Positions 28,767 through 38,960 of a stretch of DNA of 64,000 bases are shown here, in pieces. The position numbers and the translations under genes were made by a program. Position 1 is the stretch's first letter. Each line of letters begins with the position of its first letter. The DNA is from Thermodesulfovibrionia bacterium (GTDB lineage: Bacteria; Nitrospirota; Thermodesulfovibrionia; UBA6902). Where the stretch lies: the NCBI GenBank assembly GCA_947259645.1, contig CAMYND010000019.1, forward strand, positions 1 to 64,000, written 5' to 3'. Below the pieces are notes generated by a model. That model had not been told where the DNA came from. It saw nothing but the letters and a program-made list of their open reading frames with translations, and made no database searches.

Positions 28767-29966
28767 CTACAGGTAGTTCTCGGGAATCAGATTCCAGGCT
28801 TCAGGATCTTCATGGCATGCGACTTTGTCACTGTCCTGCAGTGATAGATCAATAACCCTTGGCATGATAAGCTTTTCTCTTTTTGTGTCATAGATAATTC
28901 TGACAACAGGGTGTATGAGGCTGCTTTCTCCATGCTCAAGTACGACACCGAGAAGACCACTCTCAAGGCGAACGAGAGAGCCAACAGGGTATATCCCGAC
29001 ACACCGGATAAATTTTTGCACAAGTTCGGGGTTATATGCGCCCCCCCATTCATAGAGCTTTTTCAGGGTTTCGGTTGGCTGAAACTGCTGCTGATAGCAC
29101 CGCTGTGATGTCATGGCGTCGTACACGTCCGCGATTGCTGCCATTTGACCGTAGATATTTATGCTGTCACCGCTCAGTCTGTCCGGATACCCGGTTCCGT
29201 CCACCCTCTCATGATGATGTGCCGCAACCATAATAGAGTTTGTGTGCATAGAAGGAGTATTCTCCAGAATAGTACGCCCCTCTTTGACATGCTTCCGTGC
29301 CTCGATGAACTCTTCTTCTGTTAATTTATTTATACTGGTAAGAATATCAACAGGGACATTGACTTTGCCAACGTCATGGAGAAGTCCCCCGACACCTATC
29401 TGCTTGATTAACTCGTAATCAAAACCGAGATGCTTGCCAAAAGATATCATAAGAACACCAACACTCACTGAGTGCATAAAGGTGTACTCGTCAACGCTCT
29501 TAATCCTGCCGAGGCTGGTAAGGGCGTCATTGTTTCTGAAAATTGACTCTATCATCTGCTCAACAACTCGGTCTACTTTCTCTACCTCTATCTGTTTTCC
29601 CAGCCGGACATCATTCATGAGGGTCTCGACTGTTTTCTTCGCCTCTTTTTTAACTTCCTTTGCCTTGTTGATCTCTTCACGCAAGGGGACTCTTTTGGGT
29701 CGGCTGATTTGGGGCTCAACAATCTTGTTTATCCCGGCGTCAATCTCCCTGGACACCTCTTCTTTGCTTGGAGCATCTGAAACATCCATTCCCTTATCTG
29801 TATCGATGTATACTTCACGCACACCATGGTCAATTATCTTCTCAATGGCTTTATCGGTATTGACCTTTATCCTGCTGTTGAGAAAGGGATGATCAAACCA
29901 GCCGCAGTTCATGTCGTGGATAAACATTCCCGGTTTTAACTGGCTGGTATTTATTTTTTTTATCAT
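28767..29966 (-). CDS. HD-GYP c-di-GMP phosphodiesterase with N-terminal DUF3391
   Basis: MIKKINTSQLKPGMFIHDMNCGWFDHPF (DUF3391). HDVGK...HHER(V)DGTGYP HD-GYP signature. Confidence 0.85.
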   Translation of the reverse strand: MIKKINTSQLKPGMFIHDMNCGWFDHPFLNSRIKVNTDKAIEKIIDHGVREVYIDTDKGMDVSDAPSKEEVSREIDAGINKIVEPQISRPKRVPLREEINKAKEVKKEAKKTVETLMNDVRLGKQIEVEKVDRVVEQMIESIFRNNDALTSLGRIKSVDEYTFMHSVSVGVLMISFGKHLGFDYELIKQIGVGGLLHDVGKVNVPVDILTSINKLTEEEFIEARKHVKEGRTILENTPSMHTNSIMVAAHHHERVDGTGYPDRLSGDSINIYGQMAAIADVYDAMTSQRCYQQQFQPTETLKKLYEWGGAYNPELVQKFIRCVGIYPVGSLVRLESGLLGVVLEHGESSLIHPVVRIIYDTKREKLIMPRVIDLSLQDSDKVACHEDPEAWNLIPENYL

Positions 29967-30155
29967 AGCTGAGTTGCCGATCCAGACGATAATTTACACA
30001 TGACTATACTTATGTATTGTTTCGTCACTCGGGCTGAATATCTTGAGGAAATTCTTACAGGTAAAATAATCCCACATCAGATTAAAAATGGCGGATTACT
30101 GCTCTTAAGACAGGGCAAACAGAAAGGACTGAAGGCAGGCAAATGATTGTGTGAG

Positions 30156-30533
30156 TCAGTCGGTCTCACCCAGCGACTCAGAGGAGAAAATCTCCTTGAT
30201 CTTGTTTTTCAGTTCATCAAAATTCGATGATTTGACTACATAGTGATCTGCGGCAACAGCAGAGAAGTCGCTTTTGTACACACTGTAGGCGGAACATATG
30301 ATAACCGGCAAGTCATAATCGGTTTCCCGTATTCTCCGCAAAACAGAAAGGCCGTCTTCCCCGGGCATTTTTATGTCAAGGGTTACCAGGTCAGGTTTTT
30401 CCTCTTTTATTTTCTCCAAAGCCTTTGCACCGTTTTCAGCGGTAATCACATCATACCCTTCGTCAGTCATTTCTTCCTTCAGCAGAAACCTGATATTTTT
30501 TTCATCATCAACAACCAGGATTTTCTTTTTCAT
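30156..30533 (-). CDS. single-domain CheY-like response regulator
   Basis: KILVVDDE...D54-equivalent in LDIKMPGEDG...K; 125 aa. Confidence 0.85.
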   Translation of the reverse strand: MKKKILVVDDEKNIRFLLKEEMTDEGYDVITAENGAKALEKIKEEKPDLVTLDIKMPGEDGLSVLRRIRETDYDLPVIICSAYSVYKSDFSAVAADHYVVKSSNFDELKNKIKEIFSSESLGETD

Positions 30534-31849
30534 TGTCTTTGGCCCTCTTGTTTCCCGTCATTCCACCGTTCAACCAGATAGGATTTCATCTGCTCAAAGG
30601 TTGTGCATTGTTCCTTGATGACCTCTTCAGCCTGATGCGTGTCCAGGTTCTCTGTTTTCTTTACGAACGTCGCTGTTTTGGCGTAGTAAACCGGGACAAA
30701 TGCTTCAATTATTTCTTGGGCACTCCGCCCATTTGCCACATTTCTGTGGGCAACCGCAAAATCAAAAAGAACCTTGACCCACAGTTCCACGGGCAGCTCA
30801 AAATACGCATCTTCCATCTTGGATACTTCCTGAATTTTCTGAAAATTCTCTTCTTCAAGAATTTCTTTCCAGAGGGGCATATACATTTCCGCGCCGTCCT
30901 TAAATATTTTGATCATGTTTCCAGAGTTTACATGAAGCGGTTTGGGCGATGCCTCTGATTCAAAACCGAATATAGCTGTGGGACGGCTGCCTTTCACTTT
31001 CAGCCACTTGTGCTGATAGATATCCATCAACTGAAAAATCGTCCCCACTACCTGCTTGAACATCGGGCTCAGGTCCTTGCCGGGATCTTTGTCGTCATGT
31101 ATTTTCGTGCCCATAAAAGACTGGCAGATCTTAAAATTTTCACAGATAGCCACAGTCGTCATCCATATGTCGATCCCAAAGCGCGCAATATCAGTTTCCC
31201 ACACATCCTTTGACAAAAGGCTGGCTATCAGCTCATCTGAAAAACCAAAATCCCCGCCGATAGGCTGGCGCACCCGCCTGCCATAGAGAGACCATGTCAG
31301 AGGGTAGGCAATCATATTAGTAATTGTACCATCATATTTATGCCTGCTGTAGTAGGGAGTAACAAAGCCAAATCCCTTCTTGATGACAGGGGCGAGCAGA
31401 AGTTCTATCCACTCCGGTGATATACTCCGCAGGTCTGAATCAAGCATGCAGCCGGCCTGGGCTCCCAGCATTCTGGCTGCCTCAAATATCGCCTTTATGG
31501 CGGTTCCTTTTCCTGAATGACCAACATACTTGGTCGCCACTATCTCTGTAATGATCCGTGGCTTGGAAATAAAAGCGGTATCAAAGTAATACTTGTCTTT
31601 CAGTGATTCAACAACTTTCTCGGTCTCTTCAATCTGGCCGCCTTCCGAAATCAGAATAACTCCTTTCCGTTTTGGAAAATACTTGGCCAGCCCGAGTTCC
31701 GCAGCCTTGATAACACGGCTGATTGTATCCGCGTTGTTATAACTGGGAATTCCTATGACTATATCCGCAGTACCTATCTGCTTCAGCACCGCAATGGTAC
31801 TCTCATTAATCGCAGTACATTTGTCAACAATGGAACCGCTGTCCAACAT
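30530..31849 (-). CDS. GT-A fold glycosyltransferase resembling mannosylglycerate/glucosylglycerate synthase (GT78-like)
   Basis: IVIGIPSYNNADTI. DSD (DxD). QPIGGDFGF and RFGIDIWMTTV blocks parallel Rhodothermus MGS QPLGGELLM and DWGIDTLYTFV (from memory). Four-nucleotide overlap with the downstream RR gene. Confidence 0.5.
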   Translation of the reverse strand: MLDSGSIVDKCTAINESTIAVLKQIGTADIVIGIPSYNNADTISRVIKAAELGLAKYFPKRKGVILISEGGQIEETEKVVESLKDKYYFDTAFISKPRIITEIVATKYVGHSGKGTAIKAIFEAARMLGAQAGCMLDSDLRSISPEWIELLLAPVIKKGFGFVTPYYSRHKYDGTITNMIAYPLTWSLYGRRVRQPIGGDFGFSDELIASLLSKDVWETDIARFGIDIWMTTVAICENFKICQSFMGTKIHDDKDPGKDLSPMFKQVVGTIFQLMDIYQHKWLKVKGSRPTAIFGFESEASPKPLHVNSGNMIKIFKDGAEMYMPLWKEILEEENFQKIQEVSKMEDAYFELPVELWVKVLFDFAVAHRNVANGRSAQEIIEAFVPVYYAKTATFVKKTENLDTHQAEEVIKEQCTTFEQMKSYLVERWNDGKQEGQRQ

Positions 31850-32081
31850 TCTTATTTCTCCTTAAGCAAAGCAATGATAGTGCCGCACATCTTTACTTTA
31901 ATATCCATCTGGCTGTTATTCATAATATCAGTTAATGCTATGTTTCCCTTCGGTATTAACAGGGAAATACTTAATATTTCACATGGTTCATTTTTAAAAG
32001 ATACAAATGAGACACTATCTCACCACTATGTTATGTTACCAGGATCTACTTCAGAAATCATAAAAACAGATCTGTGAACCC

Positions 32082-33473
32082 TCACTCAACAGCAGGAAGG
32101 GTAACCCTGAAAACAGTGCCTGTGCCCTCTGTACTCTCAACGTCAATGCTGCCATTGTGAGAAATTATTATTTTCTGAACAAGGGCAAGACCAAACCCGA
32201 TTCCCTGTTCTTTTGTTGTAAAAAAAGGAAGGAAAATTTTCTGTTTTATGTTCTCCGGGATACCGGAGCCTCCGTCTTTAACAGACACCTCGGCTTTGTT
32301 CCTCCCCCGGGAACGTATGCTGATATCAATCTCCCCGCCTTCAGGCATTGCCTCTGATGCATTAATCAGCAGATTTGAAAGGGCCTGCTTCAGGAGCACT
32401 CTGTCTGCATCCACAAAAACCGGGGGAGTTTTATTGATTGAAACATGCACCGGCTCATTACGGTCAGGAACTGTTTCAGCAGTTTCCCTGATCAGTTCAT
32501 TCAACTCCACTTTTTCAGTGTGAAGCACTGACGGTTTTGCAAATGCCAGCAGTTCTGAAATTATTGTGTTCATCGTGGATATCTCGAGGGAAATCGCATC
32601 AACTGTTGGACGTGCTGACGGTTCAACTTTCTTACTGAGGAGCTTCGCATAACCGGCAATGACCCCCATGGAGTTTCTCAGTTCATGGGATATCCCCGCA
32701 GACATCTCTCCCAGTTGAGTCAGCCTCTCTTTGAGTTCTACCTGAGACTGCAGCGCCTTTATGTCTGTCAGGTCCGTAAATACAAAGATAAAGCCGATAC
32801 CGTCCCCTGAACTATTTGTTAACTGGGAACTGGTTATGCCAAGCCATATACGTCTGCCGTCCCGCGTAGCATACTGGTACTCCCCTCTTGATACTTCCTC
32901 GTTCGTTCCCATTAATGAGGTCAGGGGCTCTGAAAAGACATCATTAATATTCCTGCCTGTCTCCTCTGCTGATTTGATACCTAATATGTTCTCGGCCGCC
33001 TGGTTTACGCTCTTTACCATCAACATCTTGTCAACACTGATCACTCCGCTTGGAACACTGTGAAGAATGTTCTCACTATAGGCCTCCATACTGCTCGCCT
33101 TGTCCTCTGCAGAGGATTTTAACTTCTCCAGCTCACGTTCCTTTTCCTTGAGCTTTGCTACAAGGTCATGGAATGTGTCAACAACAAACCCGACCTCTGA
33201 TCCTTTCTTTCCGGTTTCCGTTGATTTCAGGTTGTTTCTCTGTTTCGTAATATATATCCTCGCAAAAATTACGGACAGGGCTATGATCCCTGCCGCAAGA
33301 GCTCCAAAACCGAATACCGCACCCCTGCCTTCCATTGCCGGTACAAGCAGGACTCCTATAACCAGGCCCAGAAATAGAAATACTGTGACTATTAAATATT
33401 TCAGAGCAGGTTTATCCCCCATAGAGATACCATACAAGGATTTCCTGACCAAGTAGCAGACTAATGAGAGCAC
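32082..33473 (-). CDS. sensor histidine kinase (2 TM, PAS, HisKA, HATPase_c); start may be internal near 33422
   Basis: PAS (SVPSGVISVDKML...). H-box EMSAGISHELRNSM. N/G boxes at the C-terminus. The annotated 5' end overlaps the prepilin peptidase gene by 62 nt. Confidence 0.85.
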   Translation of the reverse strand: MLSLVCYLVRKSLYGISMGDKPALKYLIVTVFLFLGLVIGVLLVPAMEGRGAVFGFGALAAGIIALSVIFARIYITKQRNNLKSTETGKKGSEVGFVVDTFHDLVAKLKEKERELEKLKSSAEDKASSMEAYSENILHSVPSGVISVDKMLMVKSVNQAAENILGIKSAEETGRNINDVFSEPLTSLMGTNEEVSRGEYQYATRDGRRIWLGITSSQLTNSSGDGIGFIFVFTDLTDIKALQSQVELKERLTQLGEMSAGISHELRNSMGVIAGYAKLLSKKVEPSARPTVDAISLEISTMNTIISELLAFAKPSVLHTEKVELNELIRETAETVPDRNEPVHVSINKTPPVFVDADRVLLKQALSNLLINASEAMPEGGEIDISIRSRGRNKAEVSVKDGGSGIPENIKQKIFLPFFTTKEQGIGFGLALVQKIIISHNGSIDVESTEGTGTVFRVTLPAVE

Positions 33474-34200
33474 CCAGCGCCAGGTATGGACCGAAAGGAA
33501 TTCTGGAGCCCCACTCCCGCCCTTTCAGTTTGATCAGGGCAACACCTGCAATAGAACCTATCAGGCTTCCCGCGAAGGTAGTGAGAATGACACCCTTCCA
33601 GCCGAGGAGCCCTCCGATCATTGCCATCATCTTTATGTCGCCCCCTCCCATTGCATCTTTCTTAAATATCATCCTGCCGGCTATGGCAACAACATAAAAG
33701 AACCCGCCACCGGCGATAAGGCCGATCATAGCCGCCCTGAATCCAAGCATGTCTGCCCGCGAGAAAGGGTCAGGAAGAACGGTAGACCCCAGAAGCAAAG
33801 CCAAAGGGATTCCAGGATAGGTAATGCTGTTTGGAATAATCTGATGCTCAAGGTCGATAAAGAAAATAACAACAAGGGTTGACACAAAGAACAGATAAAT
33901 AATAAGCACCAGTATTGATTCAGTTCCGAAGCTGTTTAGGACCGCGACATAAAGCGCTGCGTTCAGAAATTCTACTAAAGGATATTTGGCTGAAACTCCC
34001 GCCCCGCAGTGCCTGCACCTGCCCATAAGAAAAAGATAGCTTAATAGTGGGATGTTGTCATAGAATTTTATGGGTGTATCACATGACGGGCATTTCGATG
34101 AGGGGCTGACTACGGATAAGTCCCGCGGCATTCTGTATATACAGACATTGAGAAAAGAACCTATGATCAGCCCGAAAAGAATAACCGCAAAGTAGTACAT
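33412..34200 (-). CDS. pilD: type IV prepilin peptidase (A24 family, PilD-like)
   Basis: N-terminal CxxC...CxxC zinc motif (CPSCDT...CRHCG) and polytopic A24 peptidase core. Confidence 0.85.
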   Translation of the reverse strand: MYYFAVILFGLIIGSFLNVCIYRMPRDLSVVSPSSKCPSCDTPIKFYDNIPLLSYLFLMGRCRHCGAGVSAKYPLVEFLNAALYVAVLNSFGTESILVLIIYLFFVSTLVVIFFIDLEHQIIPNSITYPGIPLALLLGSTVLPDPFSRADMLGFRAAMIGLIAGGGFFYVVAIAGRMIFKKDAMGGGDIKMMAMIGGLLGWKGVILTTFAGSLIGSIAGVALIKLKGREWGSRIPFGPYLALGALISLLLGQEILVWYLYGG

Positions 34201-34553
34201 TATTCCGGAAGCTTGTTCATGGTCTTTGCCTGCTCTCTGTAGTCAGTCACCGTCTCCTTTATGGACTTTATTTCATCGAGGGCATGCTGAACAATAAAAT
34301 CTTTAAACACATCGGGATCTTCCTGCTCACCCTTTTCCTTCAGGGCCTGAACTCTCTTACCGATATCACGGTACAGCTCGTCCATTTTGCTTTCCAGCTT
34401 GTTGCTCTCATAAAGGAATTTCCCTACCGAAGCCTCTGCCTTAGTCCTGTCAGCAACAAATCCGGCGATCCATTTAACGCGTGTTAAACCGGTTGTTAAG
34501 TTTTTTTTGACCTTGTCTATCATCTGTTCCTCCATTATGCCGCAGGTGCCCAT
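34200..34553 (-). CDS. hypothetical coiled-coil protein (117 aa)
   Basis: ORF only. One-nucleotide overlap with the pilD-like gene. No recognised motif. Confidence 0.4.
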   Translation of the reverse strand: MGTCGIMEEQMIDKVKKNLTTGLTRVKWIAGFVADRTKAEASVGKFLYESNKLESKMDELYRDIGKRVQALKEKGEQEDPDVFKDFIVQHALDEIKSIKETVTDYREQAKTMNKLPE

Positions 34554-34575
34554 CGCAATGAGCCCTGACGCGTTA

Positions 34576-36609
34576 TCAGCTTTTTATAAGTTCAAGCCTT
34601 CCCATCCATTTCCTCTCTAATCTGTCTTTCAAAAGAGGATGATTATCAAGGCCGCTGTCATCATTAATTAATTCAAACGCTTTTTTCCGCGCTGATTCCA
34701 ATAACCCTATATCTCTTATTATATTAGCAATTTTAAGATCAGGAATTCCTGACTGCCTTGTCCCGAAAAAATCACCCGGTCCCCTGATCGAGAGGTCCTC
34801 CTCCGCAATTCTGAATCCGTCCGCTGTAGCCTCCATCGCCTTGAGCCTTCTCTTCCCCTCTTCACTGAAGGGAGGATAGGCCATGAGCAGGCAGTGGGAG
34901 TCATAGCCACCCCTGCCGATCCTCCCCCTGAGCTGGTGAAGTTGAGAAAGACCGAACCTCTCTGCATGTACAATCAGCATAAGGGACGCGTTGGGAACAT
35001 CAATGCCAACCTCGATAACGGTTGTGGCCACAAGCATATCCAGTGAGCCATCCTTAAAGCTGGTCATGACGCTTTCCCGTTCACCCTGATGCATTTTACC
35101 ATGTACAAGGCCTATTTTCCTTTCAGGAAACTTTACCCTGAAGGCCTCTGCCCCGTCAATCGCAGATTTCAGATCAAGCTTCTCAGACTCCTCAATCAAG
35201 GGATAGACCACATATACCTGCCTGCCCTTTGAGAGCTCCGCGGTTATCAAAGAATATACTCTGTCCTTCTGGGAAGGGAAGAATACTTTTGTGATTATCG
35301 GCTTCCGTCCTGCGGGCAGTTCATCTATAATCGAGATATCAAGATCTCCGTAGAGGGTCATCGCAAGGGTCCTTGGTATGGGTGTCGCTGTCATGACAAT
35401 AATATCCGGATTCTGCCCTTTCTTTCTTAGTGCAGCACGTTGCACAACACCAAAGCGGTGCTGCTCATCAATTATTGCGAGACCCAGTTTTTTAAAGCTT
35501 ACATTTTCCTGGATAAGGGCGTGGGTACCAATGACTATCTGAGCGCTTCCCCCTGCAATCTCATCTACGGGCCTGTCCTTTCTGCCTGATGTCAACAGTA
35601 CAACCTTGAGGCCGATCGCCTCCACCATCTTGTGTATATTTATGAAGTGCTGTTCCGCGAGAAGCTCTGTGGGAGCCATCAGGCAGGCCTGGTATCCGTT
35701 CTCAACGGCCAAGAGCATTGAAAGGAGAGCCACAACTGTTTTTCCGCAGCCTACGTCGCCATGGACAAGCCTGTTCATCGGTGCGCTCTTTTTCATGTCA
35801 TCCCTGATTTCAGTGAGAACACGATCTTGAGCGGCAGTGAGCTTAAAGGGCAGGGCCTGAAGAAACCGTTCAGAAAGTTTACCGGAGGTACTGAAGCTGA
35901 TCCCCTGCTGCGCAACCTCTCTTTTCTTCAGCAGCGCCAGTCCAAGCTCGAGGAGGAAAAACTCATCAAAAACAATGCGCATATGAGATGGACTAACTCC
36001 CCGGTTGAGTATGTCTGTATCTACAAACTCTTCCGGAAAATGCGCCTCTCGTAAAGACCATTCAAGTGACTGCAATCCCTCACTCTCAAGAATCTCCCGG
36101 GGCATGTAGTCTTTTATCACTGACGAATAGTTACGCACTGCATTGAACATAAACGTTCTTATCTGTTTGGGGGACAGGCCTTCCGTTGCCTTATATACCG
36201 GCACAATCCGCCCTGTGTGGACAAGCGCGTCATCACCAGAAAGCAGTTCAAAATCAGGGTTTTCCATTTCTAATCCAATACCGGAATAGGGATTGCCCTT
36301 TACCATGCCGCTGAGAACGATCTTTTGTCCTTTCTGGAAAAGCTTTTTCAGGTATGCCTGGTTAAACCACCTGGATTTCAGCGTTCCTGTTTCGTCAGCA
36401 GCGGTAAGCTCAAGAATATTTTTTCGGTCTTCGTAGCGCCAGGGGAAATAATACAGGATATCTTCAAGTGTGTGTACACCCAGTTTCCCGAAAAGCCGGG
36501 CCCGGGCCGGGCCTACACCCTTTAGGTACTGAACAGGAGTGTCTCTTGATAGTTGTCGTGTGAAACTGGATGACTCCCTGTTGGTGAGTTGCTTACTCTT
36601 GCTGTTCAT
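34576..36609 (-). CDS. recG: ATP-dependent DNA helicase RecG
   Basis: Wedge-domain N-terminus (YLKGVGPARARLF...FPWRYEDR). Helicase motifs GDVGCGKT and DEQHRFGV. Confidence 0.92.
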   Translation of the reverse strand: MNSKSKQLTNRESSSFTRQLSRDTPVQYLKGVGPARARLFGKLGVHTLEDILYYFPWRYEDRKNILELTAADETGTLKSRWFNQAYLKKLFQKGQKIVLSGMVKGNPYSGIGLEMENPDFELLSGDDALVHTGRIVPVYKATEGLSPKQIRTFMFNAVRNYSSVIKDYMPREILESEGLQSLEWSLREAHFPEEFVDTDILNRGVSPSHMRIVFDEFFLLELGLALLKKREVAQQGISFSTSGKLSERFLQALPFKLTAAQDRVLTEIRDDMKKSAPMNRLVHGDVGCGKTVVALLSMLLAVENGYQACLMAPTELLAEQHFINIHKMVEAIGLKVVLLTSGRKDRPVDEIAGGSAQIVIGTHALIQENVSFKKLGLAIIDEQHRFGVVQRAALRKKGQNPDIIVMTATPIPRTLAMTLYGDLDISIIDELPAGRKPIITKVFFPSQKDRVYSLITAELSKGRQVYVVYPLIEESEKLDLKSAIDGAEAFRVKFPERKIGLVHGKMHQGERESVMTSFKDGSLDMLVATTVIEVGIDVPNASLMLIVHAERFGLSQLHQLRGRIGRGGYDSHCLLMAYPPFSEEGKRRLKAMEATADGFRIAEEDLSIRGPGDFFGTRQSGIPDLKIANIIRDIGLLESARKKAFELINDDSGLDNHPLLKDRLERKWMGRLELIKS

Positions 36610-37723
36610 CCTCAGAGGTGAGTTCCTCTTCGCCTAATTCACTGTTACTGAGCTCGCCAAGCTGTTCCTCGGCTTCACCCTTTCTCATTTTGTTATATTC
36701 AGTTTCGCTGATTATATCAATGTCCCACCCGGTAAGTTTCATGGCCAGCCTTACATTCTGCCCCTTTTTACCAATGGCAATAGAAAGCTGCTGATCATTC
36801 ACAACAACCATAGCGGATTTTTCCTCTTCATTTATTCCGATGCTTTCCACTGCAGCAGGGCTTAAGGCCTTCGCAAGGAGCACTCTCGGGTCTTCTGACC
36901 AGGGGATTATATCAATTCGTTCCCCTTTTAATTCTCTCACAATAGACTGGACACGGGTACCTTTCATTCCCACACAGGCGCCTACGGGGTCTACCATCGG
37001 GTTTGTTGAAGAGACGGTAAGTTTCGTTCTTTCGCCTGCTTCTCTCACGATTCCCTTGATTATTACAAGTCCTTCATAAATTTCGGGGATTTCCATTTTG
37101 AACAGCTCCGCAACAAAATTAGGGTGTGCCCGGGACAACAGTATGAGGGGGCCCTTGGAGGACACCCGGACCTCTTCGATATATGTCCGCACTGTCTCGC
37201 CCCTCTTCAGGTTTTCCGTCGGAAGTGTGCTTTTGATCGGGAGAAGAGCCTCAGCTCTGCCAAGGGCAACGAAATAACTGCCCTTTTCCCTGCGAATTAC
37301 GACTCCGCTGATTATCTCTCCTGCGCGGTCCTTGAACTCCTCGTATATAGCCTCTTTTTCCGCCTCCCTGACTCTCTGGAACAGGACCTGTTTGGCTGTC
37401 TGTGCCGCAATTCTCCCAAAATTCTCAAGGGATATGGGAGATTCTATCGTCGTATCGATCGTTGCCTCCGGATCTATCTTCCGCGCCTCCTCCAATGATA
37501 TTTCTTCCCTGGAGTCTTTCACTTCAGCTACTACTTTCTTCAGCGCCTTGATCGCAATCTCGCCTGATTCGTCGTCTATTTTTATATCGATTTCCAGATC
37601 AAGACCATACTTTTTCCTCACAGCTGAAAGAAGGGCGGACTCCAAAGTCAAAAGAATAGACTCTTTTGGGATGCCCCGCTCCTTACTCATCTGTTCTATG
37701 ATATGAATGAGCTCTCGATTCAT
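36593..37723 (-). CDS. nusA: transcription termination/antitermination factor NusA (short form, no AR repeats)
   Basis: MNRELIHIIEQMSKERGIPKE. S1 and KH domains. Acidic C-terminal tail. Confidence 0.92.
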   Translation of the reverse strand: MNRELIHIIEQMSKERGIPKESILLTLESALLSAVRKKYGLDLEIDIKIDDESGEIAIKALKKVVAEVKDSREEISLEEARKIDPEATIDTTIESPISLENFGRIAAQTAKQVLFQRVREAEKEAIYEEFKDRAGEIISGVVIRREKGSYFVALGRAEALLPIKSTLPTENLKRGETVRTYIEEVRVSSKGPLILLSRAHPNFVAELFKMEIPEIYEGLVIIKGIVREAGERTKLTVSSTNPMVDPVGACVGMKGTRVQSIVRELKGERIDIIPWSEDPRVLLAKALSPAAVESIGINEEEKSAMVVVNDQQLSIAIGKKGQNVRLAMKLTGWDIDIISETEYNKMRKGEAEEQLGELSNSELGEEELTSEDEQQE

Positions 37724-38193
37724 TATATTTCTACCTCCAGTCTTGCCCGTGAAATATTATCGTAAGGCACTGCGACCGTTCTGTTTTTCTCCAGTACAAC
37801 CGATATCTCCCTGTCTCCCGCAGAGTCCAGCCTGCCGACAAAGTGGTTCTGGTTATCTATGGGATGAAGAGTAATGACCTTTACGGTTTTACCAACATAC
37901 CTCTTGTAGTCGGCAACTGATTTAAGCGGTCTGTCCAGGCCGGGAGAAGATACCTCAAGCACATAGGAATAAGGAATGGGGTCTTCCACGTCAAGAACCC
38001 CTTCTATTTCACGGCTTACACGCTCACAGTCTCTGATCTGCACCCCTTGATCCTTGTCAATATACACCCTCAGAAGTGCTTTACCGGGCATTTTTTTCAG
38101 TTCAATATCCACAAGTTCAAGTCCAAGGCTGTTTATCACAGGTTCTATAAATCCTTGAATACTGGTTTGTAACGCCTCATTACTCATTTTCAC
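37723..38193 (-). CDS. rimP: ribosome maturation factor RimP
   Basis: LELVDIELKK...LRVYIDKD...SSPGLDRPL; directly upstream of nusA. Confidence 0.9.
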   Translation of the reverse strand: MKMSNEALQTSIQGFIEPVINSLGLELVDIELKKMPGKALLRVYIDKDQGVQIRDCERVSREIEGVLDVEDPIPYSYVLEVSSPGLDRPLKSVADYKRYVGKTVKVITLHPIDNQNHFVGRLDSAGDREISVVLEKNRTVAVPYDNISRARLEVEI

Positions 38194-38373
38194 CTATAAA
38201 AACAAAAGAGTGGGGGAAACCCACTCTTCATTCAATAATACCAAGGTATGATAAAGCATCTTCAGGATAGCACTTCTGCTACAAAAATACAAGAGGGATG
38301 CCGCATCAGGAATAACGGGTTGGGCCTGTCTTTCCGGACGCTCGGATAATAAGGATCCAGGCAGATAATAAAA

Positions 38374-38451
<78 letters not shown>

Positions 38452-38546
38452 ATATTTTATTATATATATGAGATGCGGTGTTGTCTGTTTATTCCTTGCA
38501 AATAATGCCGATGATTTCTTGGAGACCGGGGGTATAAAAAAGTGGA

Positions 38547-38954
38547 CTACAACAGATGCATCTGTGATCCATCCTCTTTATTTACGATTCGCGGTTTTGG
38601 TTTATCATCATTTTTATTCATAATATCCAATATGTCTTTCAGTTTCTTCTTCACTTCATGAATTGTGTGCATTGAAACAGAATTTTTTCTCAGACTATGT
38701 TCGCCGAATTTTTTCCTTACTCCGGCAATGGTATATTTCTCTTTATATAGAAGGTTTCTTATCTGCAGTACAAGTTCCATATCCTTCCTGGTGTAGACAC
38801 GCTGACCGGTTTTATTCTTCCTCGGTTTGAGAAAAGAGAACTCTGATTCCCAGTATCTCAAAACATGCGGTTCGATCTTCGCAATTTCACTGATTTCGCC
38901 AATTTTATAAAAAAGCCGTTCGGTACTGATCTTTTTGCGAGGTGAAGACCTCAT
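38547..38954 (-). CDS. MerR-family transcriptional regulator
   Basis: N-terminal HTH YKIGEISEIAKIEPHVLRYWESEF. Immediately downstream of ihfA. Confidence 0.75.
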   Translation of the reverse strand: MRSSPRKKISTERLFYKIGEISEIAKIEPHVLRYWESEFSFLKPRKNKTGQRVYTRKDMELVLQIRNLLYKEKYTIAGVRKKFGEHSLRKNSVSMHTIHEVKKKLKDILDIMNKNDDKPKPRIVNKEDGSQMHLL

Positions 38955-38960
38955 AGATCG

